A DNA stretch of 64,000 bases from the human T2T-CHM13v2.0 reference genome, Homo sapiens. This document shows positions 33,950 to 46,922 of the stretch, in pieces. Each line of letters starts with the position of its first letter. Within the stretch, counting starts at the first letter, position 1. The notes beneath the pieces are model-generated. The model was given only the letters and a program-made list of their open reading frames with translations. It did not search any database and was not told the DNA's origin. A program made the position numbers and the translations under genes. The stretch lies in assembly GCF_009914755.1 (NCBI RefSeq), contig NC_060925.1. The stretch is one strand, 5' to 3'.

Positions 33950-34900
33950 TCATAATATTTGTTACTGTACAAATAACTCTGTTGTATATTGAACATGTAT
34001 TTTGCTGCATTGCAAAATTTACTAAATTTTAATAGCTTTCAACCTTTCTTAGAATTTTCTACAAAGAAAATCATAAAGTCTAGGATTAGAAAGATTTAAA
34101 ATACTTCATTTTCAATATTTATGTATTTTATTTCTTTTTTCTACCTTAATTTACTAGTTGGGACCTCTTGGAAATAATGAATAAAAAGTGTAAAAAATAG
34201 ACATCTATAATTTCTATTCCTATAGAAAAAAAATTGTTTGATTTATCTTACAGATAAATTGCTTAATAAGTATGAAGTTAGCTGTAAATTTTTTATTATA
34301 TAAATGTCATTAGTCATATTGAGGACATTCCCTTGACTCTTACATTGCAATTTTTTAAAATATAAAATTAGTGTTCTGTTTTGTCAAATAACTTTTATTT
34401 GAAAAATGTTTATATTAAAAAGATCATATGGTTTATCTCCTATATTCGGTAAATTTGGTTACATTGGTAAGTTAAATTTTAAATTATGAATCAAATTTGA
34501 TGTTTTATATTTCAATTGTTTATTTTGTTTTCTGATACTTTTGAGAACATTTACATTTATGTCTCTCATAAATATTAGACAGCAATATTATTTTCTTGTC
34601 AGAGTTAGAGATCAGAAATTTTTAAGCCTCATAAAATGAGTAGGGAACAGTTTTTTCATTTTCTAATATCTAGGCCTAGTTCTTTTATTCTGTTGTTGAT
34701 AAATTCAATTTTTGATAGATTTATAACTATTAAGATGCTCTATTTTATTTATTATATTAGGCTTGCAAACATTTTATGCATTTTGAGTTTTTAAATTTAT
34801 TATACCCTTTTCATAATATTTTCTTATTGTGATTTTATTGTCTCTAGGATTTTGATTCTGTACATCTTCCATTTTTAACATTGGAAAGTTGTATCTTTTA
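33950..34900 (-). mobile_element. Very old L1M ORF2 fragment (host of the L1PB insertion, 3' side)
   Basis: gtatgaagttagctgtaaatttt...ttgaggacattccct; gcctcataaaatgagtagggaa are degraded antisense L1 ORF2. Confidence 0.55.
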
Positions 34901-34920
34901 TTTCATTTTTGGGAGGCATT

Positions 34921-37900
34921 TTTAAAATTTTTTATTTTAGTAGATTTTTTAAGAACAGGTGATAGTTGGTTACATGGATATCTTCAGTGGTAATTTCTGA
35001 GATTTTCCTGCACCCATCACGTGAGCAATGTACACTGTACCCAATGTGTACTCTTTTATCTCTCATCACACCCCACCCTTTCCTGTGAGTCCCCATAGTC
35101 CAATGTATCATTCTTATGTCTTTGTGTCCTCATAGCTTAGCTCCCACATGTGAGTGAGAACATACAGTATTCGCTAAGTTACTTCATTTAGAATAATAAT
35201 CTCCAACTCCACCCAAGTTGCTACAAAGCATTATTTTATTCTTTTTTATGGCTGAGTAGTGTATGGTGTATGTGTGCGTATATATGTGTGTATATATATA
35301 CACACATATATACGCACACATACACCCACACACACAAAAAAAAATTTTCTTTATCCACTGGTTGATTGACAGGCATTTGGGCCGTTTCCATATTTTTGCA
35401 GTTGAAATTTATGCTATTACATATATATGTGTGTGTATATATATATATACACATATATATGTGTATATATGCACATACATATACATATATGTGTATATAT
35501 GCACATACATATACATATATGTGTATATATGTATATACACACTATATATACACACAATATTTTCTTTATCCACTGGTTGATTGATGGGCGTTTGGGCTGG
35601 TTCCATATTTTTGCAATTGAAATTTGTACAGCTATAAACATACTTGTGCAAGTATCTTTTTTGTATAATGACTTCTTTTCCTCTGGGTAGATATCAAGTA
35701 GTGGGATTACTGGATCAAATAGTAGATCTACTTTGAGTTCTTTAAGGAATCTCCACACTGTTTTCCATAGTGGTTTTACTAGTTTACATTCCCATCAGCG
35801 ATGTGAAAGTGTCCCTTTTCACCACATCTACATCAACATCTATTATTTTTTGATTTTTTGATTATGGCCATTCTTGTGTGAGTGAGGTGGTATCCCATTG
35901 TGGTTTCAATTTGCATTTCCCTGATCATTATAGCGATGTTGAGCGTTTTTCCATATGCTTCTTGGCCATTTGTATAGCTTCTTTTGGGATTATCTATTCA
36001 TGTTCTTAACCCACATTTTTATGGGATTTTATTTTCTTCATGCTTATTTGTTTGAATTCTTTGTAGATTCTGTATATTAGTCCTTTGTCAGATGTGTAGA
36101 TTGTGAAGATTTTCTCCCACTCTGTGGTTTGTCTGTTAACTATGCTGCATATTCTTATGCTGTGTAGGAGCTTTTCAGTTTAATTAAGTCCCACTTATTT
36201 ATCTTTGTTTTTGTTGCATTTGCTTGCATTTTGTTGCATTTGTTGTTTTGTTGCATTTTGGGTTCTTGGTCATGATTTTCCCACTTTATGTTTTTGTTTT
36301 CTTTGTTGAAGATCAGTTGGCTGTAAGTATATGGGTTATTTCTGTGTCCTCTATTCTGTAGCATTAGTCTATGTGCCTAGTTTTACACCAGTACCTTGCT
36401 GTTTTAGTGACTATGGCCATGTAGAATAGTTTGAAGTCAAGAAATGTGATGCCTCCAGATTTGTTCTTGCTTCGTCTTGCTTTCACTGTGTGGGTCTCTT
36501 TTTTGGTTCCTTGTGAATTTTAGGATTATATTTTCTAGTTCTGTGAAGAATGATGGTGGTATTTTGATGGGAATTGCATTGAATTTGTAGATTGCTTTTG
36601 GCAGTGTGGTCATTTACACAATAATGATTCTACCTATCAATGAGCATGGGATGTGTTTCCATTTGTTTGTGTCATCTATGATTTCTTTCAGCATTGTTTT
36701 GTAGTTTTCCTTGTAGAGGTCTTTCATGTCCTTGGTTAGGTATATTCCTAAGTATTTTATTTTTATTTTTTGTAGCTATTGTAAAGGGATTGAGCACTTG
36801 ATTTGAGTCTCAGTTTGGTCGCTGTTGATGTATAGCAGAACTACTGATTTGTGTACCTTAATTTTGTATCCTGAAACTTTGTCGAATTCATGTACTAGTT
36901 CTAGGAACTTTGGGGATGAGTCCTTTAGGGTTTTCTCGGTATAGATTATATCATCAGCAAACAGTGACAGTTTTAGTTCCTCTTTACTGATTTGGATGCC
37001 ATTTATTTCTTTCTCTTGTCTGATTTCCCTAGCTAGAACTTCCAGTACTACGTTAAATAGAAATGGTGAAAGTGGGCATCCTGGTCTTGTTCCAGTTCTC
37101 AGGGGGAATGCTTTCAACTTCTCCTCATTCAGTATAATGTTGGCAGTTGGTTTGACATAGATGGATTTTATTAACTTAAGGTATATGCCTTCTGTGCCAA
37201 TTTTGCTGAGGTTTTTAATCATAAAGTGATGCTTTTTCTTGGTCTATTGAGATGATAATGTGTTTTCATTTTTAATCATGTTTATGTAGTATATCACATT
37301 TATTGACTTAGGTATGTTAAACCAATCCTGCATCCCTGGTATGAAACCCACTTGATCATGGTGGATTGTCTTTTTGATATGCTGTTGGATTTGGTTTGCT
37401 AGTATTTTATTGATAATTTTTGCATCTATGTTTATCAGAGATATTGCTTTGTAGTTTTCTTTTTTTGTTATGTCCTTCCCTAGTTTTCATATTAGGGTGA
37501 TACTAGCTTCATATAACGATTTAGGGAGGATTCCCTCTTTATCTTTTGGAATAATGTCAGTAGGATTAGTACCAATGCTTTGAATATCTGATAGAATTCA
37601 CCTGTGTATCTGTGTGGTCCTGGACTTTTTTTGTTGGCAATTTTTTCATTACAATTTCAATCTCACTCCTTGTTATTGGTCTTTGCAGAGATTCTACATC
37701 TTCCTGGTTTAATCTAGGATGGTTGTATATTTCCAGGAATTTATCCATCTCTTCCAGATTTTCTTGTTTATGTGCATAAAGGTGTTCATATACTAGCCTT
37801 AAATAATATTTTGTGTTCCTGTGGTATCAGTCGTAATATCCCCTGTTTTGTTTCTAATTGAGCTTATTTGGATCTTCTCTTTTCTTTACTTGGTTAATCT

Positions 37901-40900
37901 CACTAATGGTCTATCAATTTTATTTATCTTTTTGAAGAACAAACTTTTTCTTTCATGTATCTTTTGTTCTTGTTGTTTGTTTCAATTTTATTTAGTTCTG
38001 CTCTGATCTTTGTTATTTCTTTTCTTTTGCTGGGTTTGGGTTTTGATTGTTCTTGCTTCTCCAGTTGAGTGAGGTATGATCTTAGATTTTCTATTTGTGC
38101 GCTGTCAGACTTTTTGATGTAGGCATTTAATCCTGTGAACTTTCCTCTTAGCACCACCTTTGCTTTATCCCAGGGATTTTGATAGGTTGTGTCACTATTA
38201 TCATTCAGTTCAAATAATTTTTTAAATTTTCATCTTGATTTCATTATTGACCCAACAATCATTCAGGAGCAGGTTATGTAATTTCCATGTATTTGCATGG
38301 TTTTGAGAGTTCCTTTCGTAGTTGATTTCCAATTTTATTTCACTGCGGTCTGAAAATCTATAACTTAGATTTTCTTAAATTTACTGAGACTTGTTTTCTG
38401 GCCTATCATACGGTCTATCTTGGAGAATGTTCTATGTGTTGATAAATAGAATGTATGTTCTGCAGTTGTTGGTTAGAATGTTCTTTAAATATCTGTTATG
38501 TCCATTTGATGTAGTGTATAGTTTAATTAAGTCTATTGTTTCTTTGTTGGCTTTCTGTCTTGATGACCTGTCAAGTGCAGTCAATGGAGTATTAAAGTCC
38601 CCCACTATTATTGTGTTGCTGTGTATCTCATTTATTGGGTCTGATAGTAATTGTTTTATACATTTTGGAGCTCTAGTGTTGGGTGCATATATATTTAAAA
38701 TTGTGATATTTTCCTGTCAGACTGGTCTTTTGTTATCATTATATAATGTCCCTCGTTGTCTTTCTTAATTGTTGTTGCTTTAAAGTTTGTTTTGTCTGAC
38801 ATAAGAATAGCTACTCCTGCTTGTTTTTGGTGTCCATTGCATGGAATATCTTTTTACACAACTTTACCTCAAGTTTATGTGAGTCCATAAGTGTTAGATG
38901 AATCTCCTGAAGACAGCAGAAACTTGGCTGGTGAATTCTCATCTATTTTGCCATTCTGTATCTTTTAAGTGAAGTATTTAGGCCATTTACATTCAGTGCT
39001 TGTATTGAGATGTGAGGTACTATTTTATTCATCATGCTATTTTTTTTCCTGAATACACTTTTTTTTTCATTTTGTTATTATTAAATAGGTCCTGTGAGAT
39101 TTATGCTTTAAGGGGGCTCTATTTGTTTTATTTTAAGAATTTGTTTCAAGATTTAGAGCTCCTTTTAGCAGTTCTTGTAGTTCTGGATCAGTAGTGGTGA
39201 ATTATCTCAACGTTTGTTTGTCTGGAAAATAATGCACCTTTTCTTCATTTATGAAGCTTAGTTTTGCTAGATACAAAATCCTTGGCTGATAATTATTCTG
39301 TTTAAGGAGGCTAAAAATAGGACCTCGATCCCTTCTAGCTTGTAGGGTTTCTGCTCAGAAACCTGTTGTTACTCTGATAGGTTTTCCTTTATAGGTTACC
39401 TGATGATTTTGCATCACAGTTGTTAAGATTCTTTCCTTCACCTTGACTTTAAATAACCTGATTACTATGTGCCTAAGTGATGATCTTTTTGTGATGAATT
39501 TCCCAGGTGTTCTTTAAGCTTCTTGTATTTGGATGTCTAGATCTCTAGGAAGGATGAGGAAGCTTTCCTCAATTATTCCCCCAAATATGTTTTCCAAACT
39601 TTTAGATTTATCTTCTTCCTTGAGAACACCAACTATTCTTAGGTTTGGACATTTAACATGCTCCCAAACTTCTTGGAGGCTTTGTTAATTATTATTAATT
39701 TTTTGCCTTTTAATGGATTGGGTTAATTTGAAAGCCTTGTCTTTGAGCTCTATAGTTCTTTCTTCTGCTTCTTCAATTCTATTGCTAAGACTTTACAGTG
39801 CATTTTGCATTTTTCTGTGGCATCTTCTTGATTTCTAGAAGTTGCGATTGTTTTTTTCTTATTTGTAGTATCTATTTCACCGAAGAATTTCCCTTTCATA
39901 TCCTGTATCATGTATTTGATTTCTTTAAGTTGGACTTCACTTTTCTCTGGTGCTTCCTTAATTAGCTTAATAATCTAACTGAATTCTTTTTCTGGTATTT
40001 CATCTTGATTTGGATCTATTGCTGGTGAGCTGGTATGATTTTTTTAGGGTGTTAAGACCCTTGTTTTGTCATATTACCAGAATTGCTTTTCTTGTTTCGC
40101 CTCATTTGGGTAGACTATGTCAGAGAGAAGATCTGGGATTGAAGGGCTGCTGTTCTCCACCCTTTTTGTCTCATGGGGTGCTCCCTTAATGTGGTGTTCT
40201 CCACCTTCCCCTAGGAATGAGGCTTCCTGAGAGCTGAACTGTAGTGATTGCTTTTGCTCTTCTGGGTCTAGCCACCCAGCAGAGCTACCAGGCTCCAGGC
40301 TGGTAATGGGGAGTGTCTGCAGAGAATCATGTGATGTCATCCGTCTCAGGGCTTGCAGCCATGGATATCAGCACCTGCTCTGATGGAGGTAGCAAGGGAG
40401 TGAAGTGGACTCTGTGAGGGCTCTTGATTGTGTTTTTGTTTAGTGCTCTGGTTTTGTGTTGGTTGGCCTCCAGGCAGCATCAGCTGTAGTCCTATAGAGA
40501 GGATGCAAACTTGCCCTAGGGACACCTGGTTAAGTATTCAGGTTTCTCAGGTGGTGGGCAGGGCCATAGAGCTCCCAAGACATTATGACCTTTGTTTTTG
40601 GCTTCCAGGGTAAGTAGAGAAAGACCACCAGGTTGGGCAGGGATAGGCATATCTGAGCTCAGCCTCTCCTGGGACAGGGCTTGTTGCAGCTGCTGTGGGG
40701 GATGGAGGTGTGGTTTCCAGTGCAATGGACTTATATTCCCAGGGGGAATCTGGCTGCCTCTGCTGAGTCATACAGGTAACCAGGGAGGTGGGGGAGAATG
40801 GCAGTCACAGGCCTCTCCCCACTCAGTCCTAAAAGATGGCCTCACTCCCACCATGCCACGCCCCCAACAGCACCAAGTGTATTTCCAGGCAGCCGGTGAC

Positions 40901-41150
40901 CAAGACAGAACTAGCCCCAGACCATGAGCCTCTCTTTTGAGAAAACAAGCCAAGTAACAGTTTTTCCACGTCTCTGGGAGCCTGTAGTGGTGATCCAGTT
41001 CCTTCAAACTGTATATGGATTCTTTCAACTTTCCTGGTATGTTCCTGCTTTAGTTCTTGGAACAAAAGTTCTCAATGTGTGCCTCTACACATAGCTCAGT
41101 CCATCCAAGTGAGGGCTGCAAGCTAGCCCTGCCTCCTATCCGCCATCTTG
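34921..41150 (-). mobile_element. Near-full-length L1PB1-like LINE-1 (~6.2 kb) with L1PBa-type 5' UTR; ORFs disrupted
   Basis: PB-type 3' UTR (gaacaggtgatagttggttacatgg...tgcacccatcac), ORF2 fragments ([17 protein letters not shown] at 36776-37222), ORF1 region, 5' end gctgcaagctagccctgcctcctatccgccatcttg. Confidence 0.92.
41140..41150 (-). promoter_or_regulatory. YY1 motif (CAAGATGGCGG) at the 5' terminus of the L1PB
   Basis: ccgccatcttg on +; L1 5' termini carry a YY1 site that positions initiation. Confidence 0.6.
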
Positions 41151-41199
41151 ATTCTTGTATTTTATTCTCAAAATACAATTTTATTTGCAAAGGATAAAA

Positions 41200-42200
41200 A
41201 GCACTATCCGTTTTCTATATCACTCGCCTGCTTTCAATTCATATTCATTTCTGGTTTTATCTTACTCATTTATTTCTTATAGCTTAATTATTTCTTTTTC
41301 TCTTTTTAATTACCTTGAGTTTAATTTTCTCCTTGTTTAATAGTTTTTAAAAGTAGAAGTTTAAACCATTCATGTATTTTTCAATACAGAAGCTAATTCC
41401 ATGAATTTCCTTCTAAAAACAGTACTTAATAATTTTGATATCTTATATGTTCCTTATCAGTCACATCACAAAATTTTCTAATTTGATTTGTGCTATTTGG
41501 AAGTTATTGTTCATTTTCCTAAAATTTTTGTATTTTTGCTTTTTCATATTATTGATTTCTAATTTATTTCCAACTTGGCCAGAGAAAATATTCTGTAGTA
41601 TTTTTCAACATTATTAAAACTTATTATAAATTCCAACATATGGTCCACCTTGCTTAGTGCTCCATGTACACTTACAAAGAAGTGTATTTTGTTGTTAGTT
41701 GTAGCCATAAGTTTTCTTATAAAAGTCATTAATCATATTGAGGAATATAAGTAAACCAATATGAGTAAGCCAATTTGGATGACAGTGTTTAAATTTTCTA
41801 TATCTTACATGTAGTTCAATTTTTCTGTGACATATTAAGAAAGAGATAATGTAACTTTCAATGCTGACTGTAGGCTTGACTACTTTTCTCCTTATCTCTG
41901 ACATACTTAAATTATATCCTTTACAGTTCTGGTACTATATTTATACATTTGTAAGACAGTTATATCATTTTGATTAATTAAATTTATCATTAAAAACATT
42001 TATCACTCTAAAGGTTTCTTTTAAAAAATCTTATAAAAGCCCTTGTTTTAAAGTCTATTTTGTCTGTTGTTAATAAAACCCCTCCAGATTTCTTATGCTC
42101 ACTGTTTGCTTGATGTATCTTTTTACATCTTTTCCTTTCAACCTGTCTCTATTTTTATTTTTGAAGTGCATTCATTTTGACCAGCATATATTTTGATCTA
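41200..42200 (-). mobile_element. Very old L1M ORF2 fragment (host of the L1PB insertion, 5' side)
   Basis: ccaacatatggtccacct...gctccatgtacacttacaaagaagtgtatttt; aaagtctattttgtctgttgttaata; collinear with 33950-34900. Confidence 0.6.
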
Positions 42201-43004
42201 CCTTTTTTCTACCTTTCTTCTTTTCTAATTTTCTTCTTATAAGTGTTCACATTTGTTCATAATTATATGATTCTTGATGTGTTCAGTAATTTTTATTATA
42301 TACTCATAATTTTAAATTTTAAAATTATGAGCATATAGTAAGTTTTAAAATTATGAGTATATAAGAAAAATTATAAATTTAAATTTTGAACTTTCTAAAT
42401 TTGAAGTTGTGAACTTCAAAATTATTAGTATAGAATAAAAATTACTCAGCACTAAATTTAAGATGATGAATATTTAATAAAAATCACCAAACACTTCAAG
42501 ACATTTTGCTTTCTTCTGAAAGTCGTGAATTTGGTTCTGGCAAGCAATTAATTTACAATCTCATCTCTGGTCTTTTCTAAACTTTTAAAAACTTTATTAT
42601 AATGAGTCTAGACAAACTCTTACTCTTAGGTTAGAATAGCTCTTCACATATATGTGGCCTTTCTTTGTGTGTCAATGAAATTCTTGAGATGCTCATAAAA
42701 CTTCTGTATCGTCAAGTGCTATGCTGCTTTCAGAATCTCCTTTCTGCTCATGCCTCCAGGGCCCATAAATACCTAACATCTCTGGATCAAATTAAGGGAA
42801 CAGAGAGAGAACAAAATAAGTGTTTTTTGAAACATTTTTAAATGAAGACCTAGTGATCATTCTTTAAATCCAGGTAATGTTGAGAAGACAATTAGTGAAA
42901 GAAATCTGGATTACAGGGACTTACTCAGTTCTAAAATATAAATATTTAGTCTTTAGATTATAGATTGCATTTAAATACATGAATAGGCAATATTCTCTGC
43001 AGAT

Positions 43005-43187
43005 GTAACCAATCATTATCTGTAAAAGGCCAGATAGTAAATGTATTATGCTTTTTGGGTCACATATAGTCATTGTTGCACATTCTTCCTTTCTGGAAAA
43101 AGAAATCTCTTAACAAATTTAAAAACCATTTCTAGCTCTAGGCTGTGGACTAGACTTGGCCAATGAGCCATAGTTTACTGATCCTTG
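43005..43187. mobile_element. MER58-family hAT DNA transposon remnant
   Basis: tctgtaaaaggccagatagtaaat...ttggccaatgagccatagtttactgatccttg. Confidence 0.6.
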
Positions 43188-44241
43188 TTTTATAACATGT
43201 AGCCTGCAAAGTGGAAGGCATAGAGCTAGATTAGATACAGTATAGTCTATCAATTATAATATAAGGCAATAATGAAGCATGTGTGTACAGATTGAGGTAG
43301 GCTAGTAGATACGGAGGTAAGAACTAGTGGAAGTTCTTATCTGAATTCTTCAGTTTTCTCAGTGGGAGTGAAAAAGAAGGAGGGGGAGTTTTAGGTTTCA
43401 GGGGAGCAGAAAACTTATACAACAACCACCTAAGCCTGTGAGAGAATAAATAGACAAGGGACAAACAAAGTGATTACCCATGTATCATGAGAGACCCACC
43501 TAATATTAATGTTCAGGGATTTTAATGTCATATGATTAAAAACATGGGTTATATAATAGATAGTGAGAATGTAGTACAATCAAATAATAGTAGGTAAATA
43601 TGTGTAAAAAATTATTGGAGACATGGTGGTGGTTGAAAGATCATGCTTAAAATTAAAATCTTAGAAAGAAATAGATATTGGTAATAGTCCTGAACATGAC
43701 CATCATAATGGGTGGCTGTGGTAGACAAAAGCAAGGAGACAAAAGGGCAGAAATTATAAGAATCATTTGTGTGGTAATTAGTATCAAAAAGATTTATGAA
43801 AGCAATTGCAGCGTAGTGAGTAACGGTTCCCTAAAGTCTTAAAGAAAGCCTGTAGATGATTGCTATAAGAAAGAGTAGTGCACTAAATAATTGTATAAAA
43901 TGAATTATCAAGGACCTATGGGTATACATTTTATATATTTCAAGGCATAAAATTAATATTTGACCCTACCTGTAGTTACTCTGTGTATAGTAAGGAGACA
44001 CAATTGCTATTATCACACATGAGTATGTTCACAGCATTTGGAAATTAGTCCATGTGTGCAAGCCACACAGAGAACCTTAAGTATTCTCATGACTGCACTA
44101 ATTCTTCCACATTCCTTGGACTCACTGCATCCAAGTATATGTTGCCTGCCAAATTTCAGTGGAGACCTTCTAAAGCTGCAGTGTGGATTTATTGTTAAAT
44201 AATGGCAATATTGCTAATAACATGTTGCTAATGATTTACTT

Positions 44242-44748
44242 TTTGTTTTTTTTTATTTCCAACTTTTTTAAAAATTTTATTATTATTATACTTTAAGATT
44301 TAGGGTACATGTGCACAATGTGCAGGTTAGTTACATATGTATACATGTGCCATGCTGGTGTGCTGCACCCATTAACTCGTCATTTAGCATTAGGTATATC
44401 TCCTAAAGCTATCCCTCCCCCCTCTCCCCACCCCACAACAGTCCCCAGAGTGTGATGTTCCCCTTCCTGTGTCCATGTGTTCTCATTGTTCAATTCCCAC
44501 CTATGAGTGAGAATATGCGGTGTTTGGTTTTTTGTTCTTGCGATAGTTTACTGAGAATGATGATTTCCAATTTCATCCATGTCCCTACAAATGACATGAA
44601 CTCATCCTTTTTTATGGCTGCATAGTATTCCATGGTGTATATGTGCCACATTTTCTTAATCCAATCTATCATTGTTGGACATTTGGGTTGGTTCCAAGTC
44701 TTTGCTATTGTGAATAGTGCCACAATAAACATATGTGTGCATGTGTCT
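44242..44748 (-). mobile_element. 5'-truncated young L1 (L1PA2/3-like), ~0.5 kb
   Basis: tcctaaagctatcc, gatagtttactgagaatgatgatttccaatttc diagnostics; perfect 10-bp TSD TGATTTACTT (44232-44241, 44749-44758). Confidence 0.92.
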
Positions 44749-46922
44749 TGATTTACTTGACTCCCAAGAAAGAGTTGAGCTAGGAAGTTATTTGTAGTAA
44801 CAATACAATTTAAATAATAATAAGTGTTTCTTGGACACCTCACCTGTATTTTTCATCATGCTGTGATTCTCCACCCAAATGTAAAAATTAGCTTTCTTTC
44901 TGAGAAAGATAATTGTGAGGTTTATTTATTTGAAGTCAAGTAAATACACTATTCGATTTTCTCTGCTTCACAACACTCCAGATGCCTACATGCTTCATCC
45001 CCACAAGTTTCAAGCATTTCTTCACCAATACATAGAATTTGGGACAATAAAAGTTGAATTTAATGGTAACTGTTTCTTGGCTATTGTCTTCAGAAAAATG
45101 TACAACTTAACGGCAAAATTTATTTCCCAGAATAAGTTTTTGTTTGAGATAACATATTTGACACATGGAACATGAGCGCAGAGCGACTAGTTGAAAAATG
45201 CTCTCTGATAAATATTACCTCCAACAGGCAATAAAGAGACATTGAAGATTTCTCAGAAGAACTAAATAATTAAATATGTAACAAACATCATTTTCTTAAA
45301 AACATATTGTAAAATATCAACTTCATGTAGACATACATTAAGAATTGAATTCATTTCAAACAATAATAATTATTGAATTAATTTCTATTACAACTGGAGT
45401 ATTAGAGCACAGCAGTCAAAGATTATACAGCTTTGGAAAGCCTCCTAATGTAACTGATTTCAGTTTGAGGCATAAGGGGTTAAAACCAAGTCGATAATCA
45501 TTGATATTTGATTAGAATAATGTTTTAATTCCAACTTTCCTACTCTCCCAAATACAACTGTCCCATGTGAGTTTACAAACAAAGCAATGTCTACATGGAA
45601 CAGGAGCAAATGATGGTGAATGTCCTTCTTTATTATTCCACTCAAACATTTTGACACAAAACGATGAAAAATTTGGAGGGGATGATTTTTATATTATTAG
45701 TAGAGCTAAAGATGAGTTAGTACTTTCTATTAGGCATGGGTCTATATATTTTGCCTATATTTTTGTTGTTTTATAGTATACAAATGTGAGCATACAAACG
45801 TGAAGCAATGCTTAAAATTTTTGGACGCATATGGTAGGGAAGACAAATAAGAATAAGTTAAAAAAGATGAAAGAAATGAAGAAAGGTGAGAGGTGATGAA
45901 AAGATTACAAAGACAGAGAGAGGGAGAGAGAGAGAGAATCAGCTTAAACATAAAGAGAAAGAAGAATAAGTGGTTTTAGTTTATTAAATTGTCAAGACTC
46001 CAAACATTAGCTAATTCTCCTCCTAAAGATTAAGCTCAAAGTAAAAGTGAAGAAAGGATTAAGCTCAAAGTTAAAGTGAAGAAAGGAGAAGAGACAAAAT
46101 GATACTTTTTCTGCGCTTGGCTGTTGAGTCCCTTGAGAGTTTTGCAATGTAATTACTATACTGCCCAACTTAGTAGACTATAAATAAATATTTTAAAATG
46201 AATGAATATATTGGCTTAGCTGCATTTCTGCATTATATATTATATAATTTAATGCCCCTTAACTCAGAAAGTTAGGCATTATTATTTCCATTTTAGAGGA
46301 ATAATATAAAACTCATAATAAATATAATAAAGGGCTACTAAATAATAGATGTAAGCTTAAACTTAGGTTTATTGGATTCCAAATATGATGGCTTCCTAAC
46401 TTTTTATTACTATTTTTTCTGTCATTACTATGAACACTTCATAATCATCATTATGACTTCCATTTGTGTTATTTTAAAACTATTCTTAAATTTTGTTACA
46501 TACCTATTCCATGGATTAAAAAGTTTATTAGAAAATATAGATAATTAAACATAAAAAGGAAATGAAATTTTTAGACTTTCCTCCAACTCAGAATTGACCA
46601 GGTAATTTTGTAGTAGGTGCTGGATTAAACTGAATAGAGGTTGGCATGTGACTGCAGAGAAATATTACCTTCAACAGGCAATAAGGAGACATTGAAGATT
46701 TCCCAGAAAATCTAAATGATTAAAAATGAAATAATCTTCTCTATGCTTATAGTTGAGGAGGGTAGTGGCAATGAGAAATGGCTATGTCTAAGGGAAAGCC
46801 TGCGAATTGTCCTTGATTCAAGAGAAAACAAGGATTATGGGAAAACAGAAACAAAAACAAACATTGTCATTTGGAGAAAGTGGCTAGTAGTTAAGCCCAG
46901 ATATGGCATTGGAGACATTTTC

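Noticed and set aside
35236-35758. ORFs rich in I/Y/T/H/C/V repeats
   Set aside because: Translations of TA/CA/TG microsatellite plus the L1 ORF2 tail.
34885-41175. TSD for the L1PB (ttgtatcttttatttca vs ttgtattttattctca)
   Set aside because: Low complexity, imperfect and not flush with both element ends.
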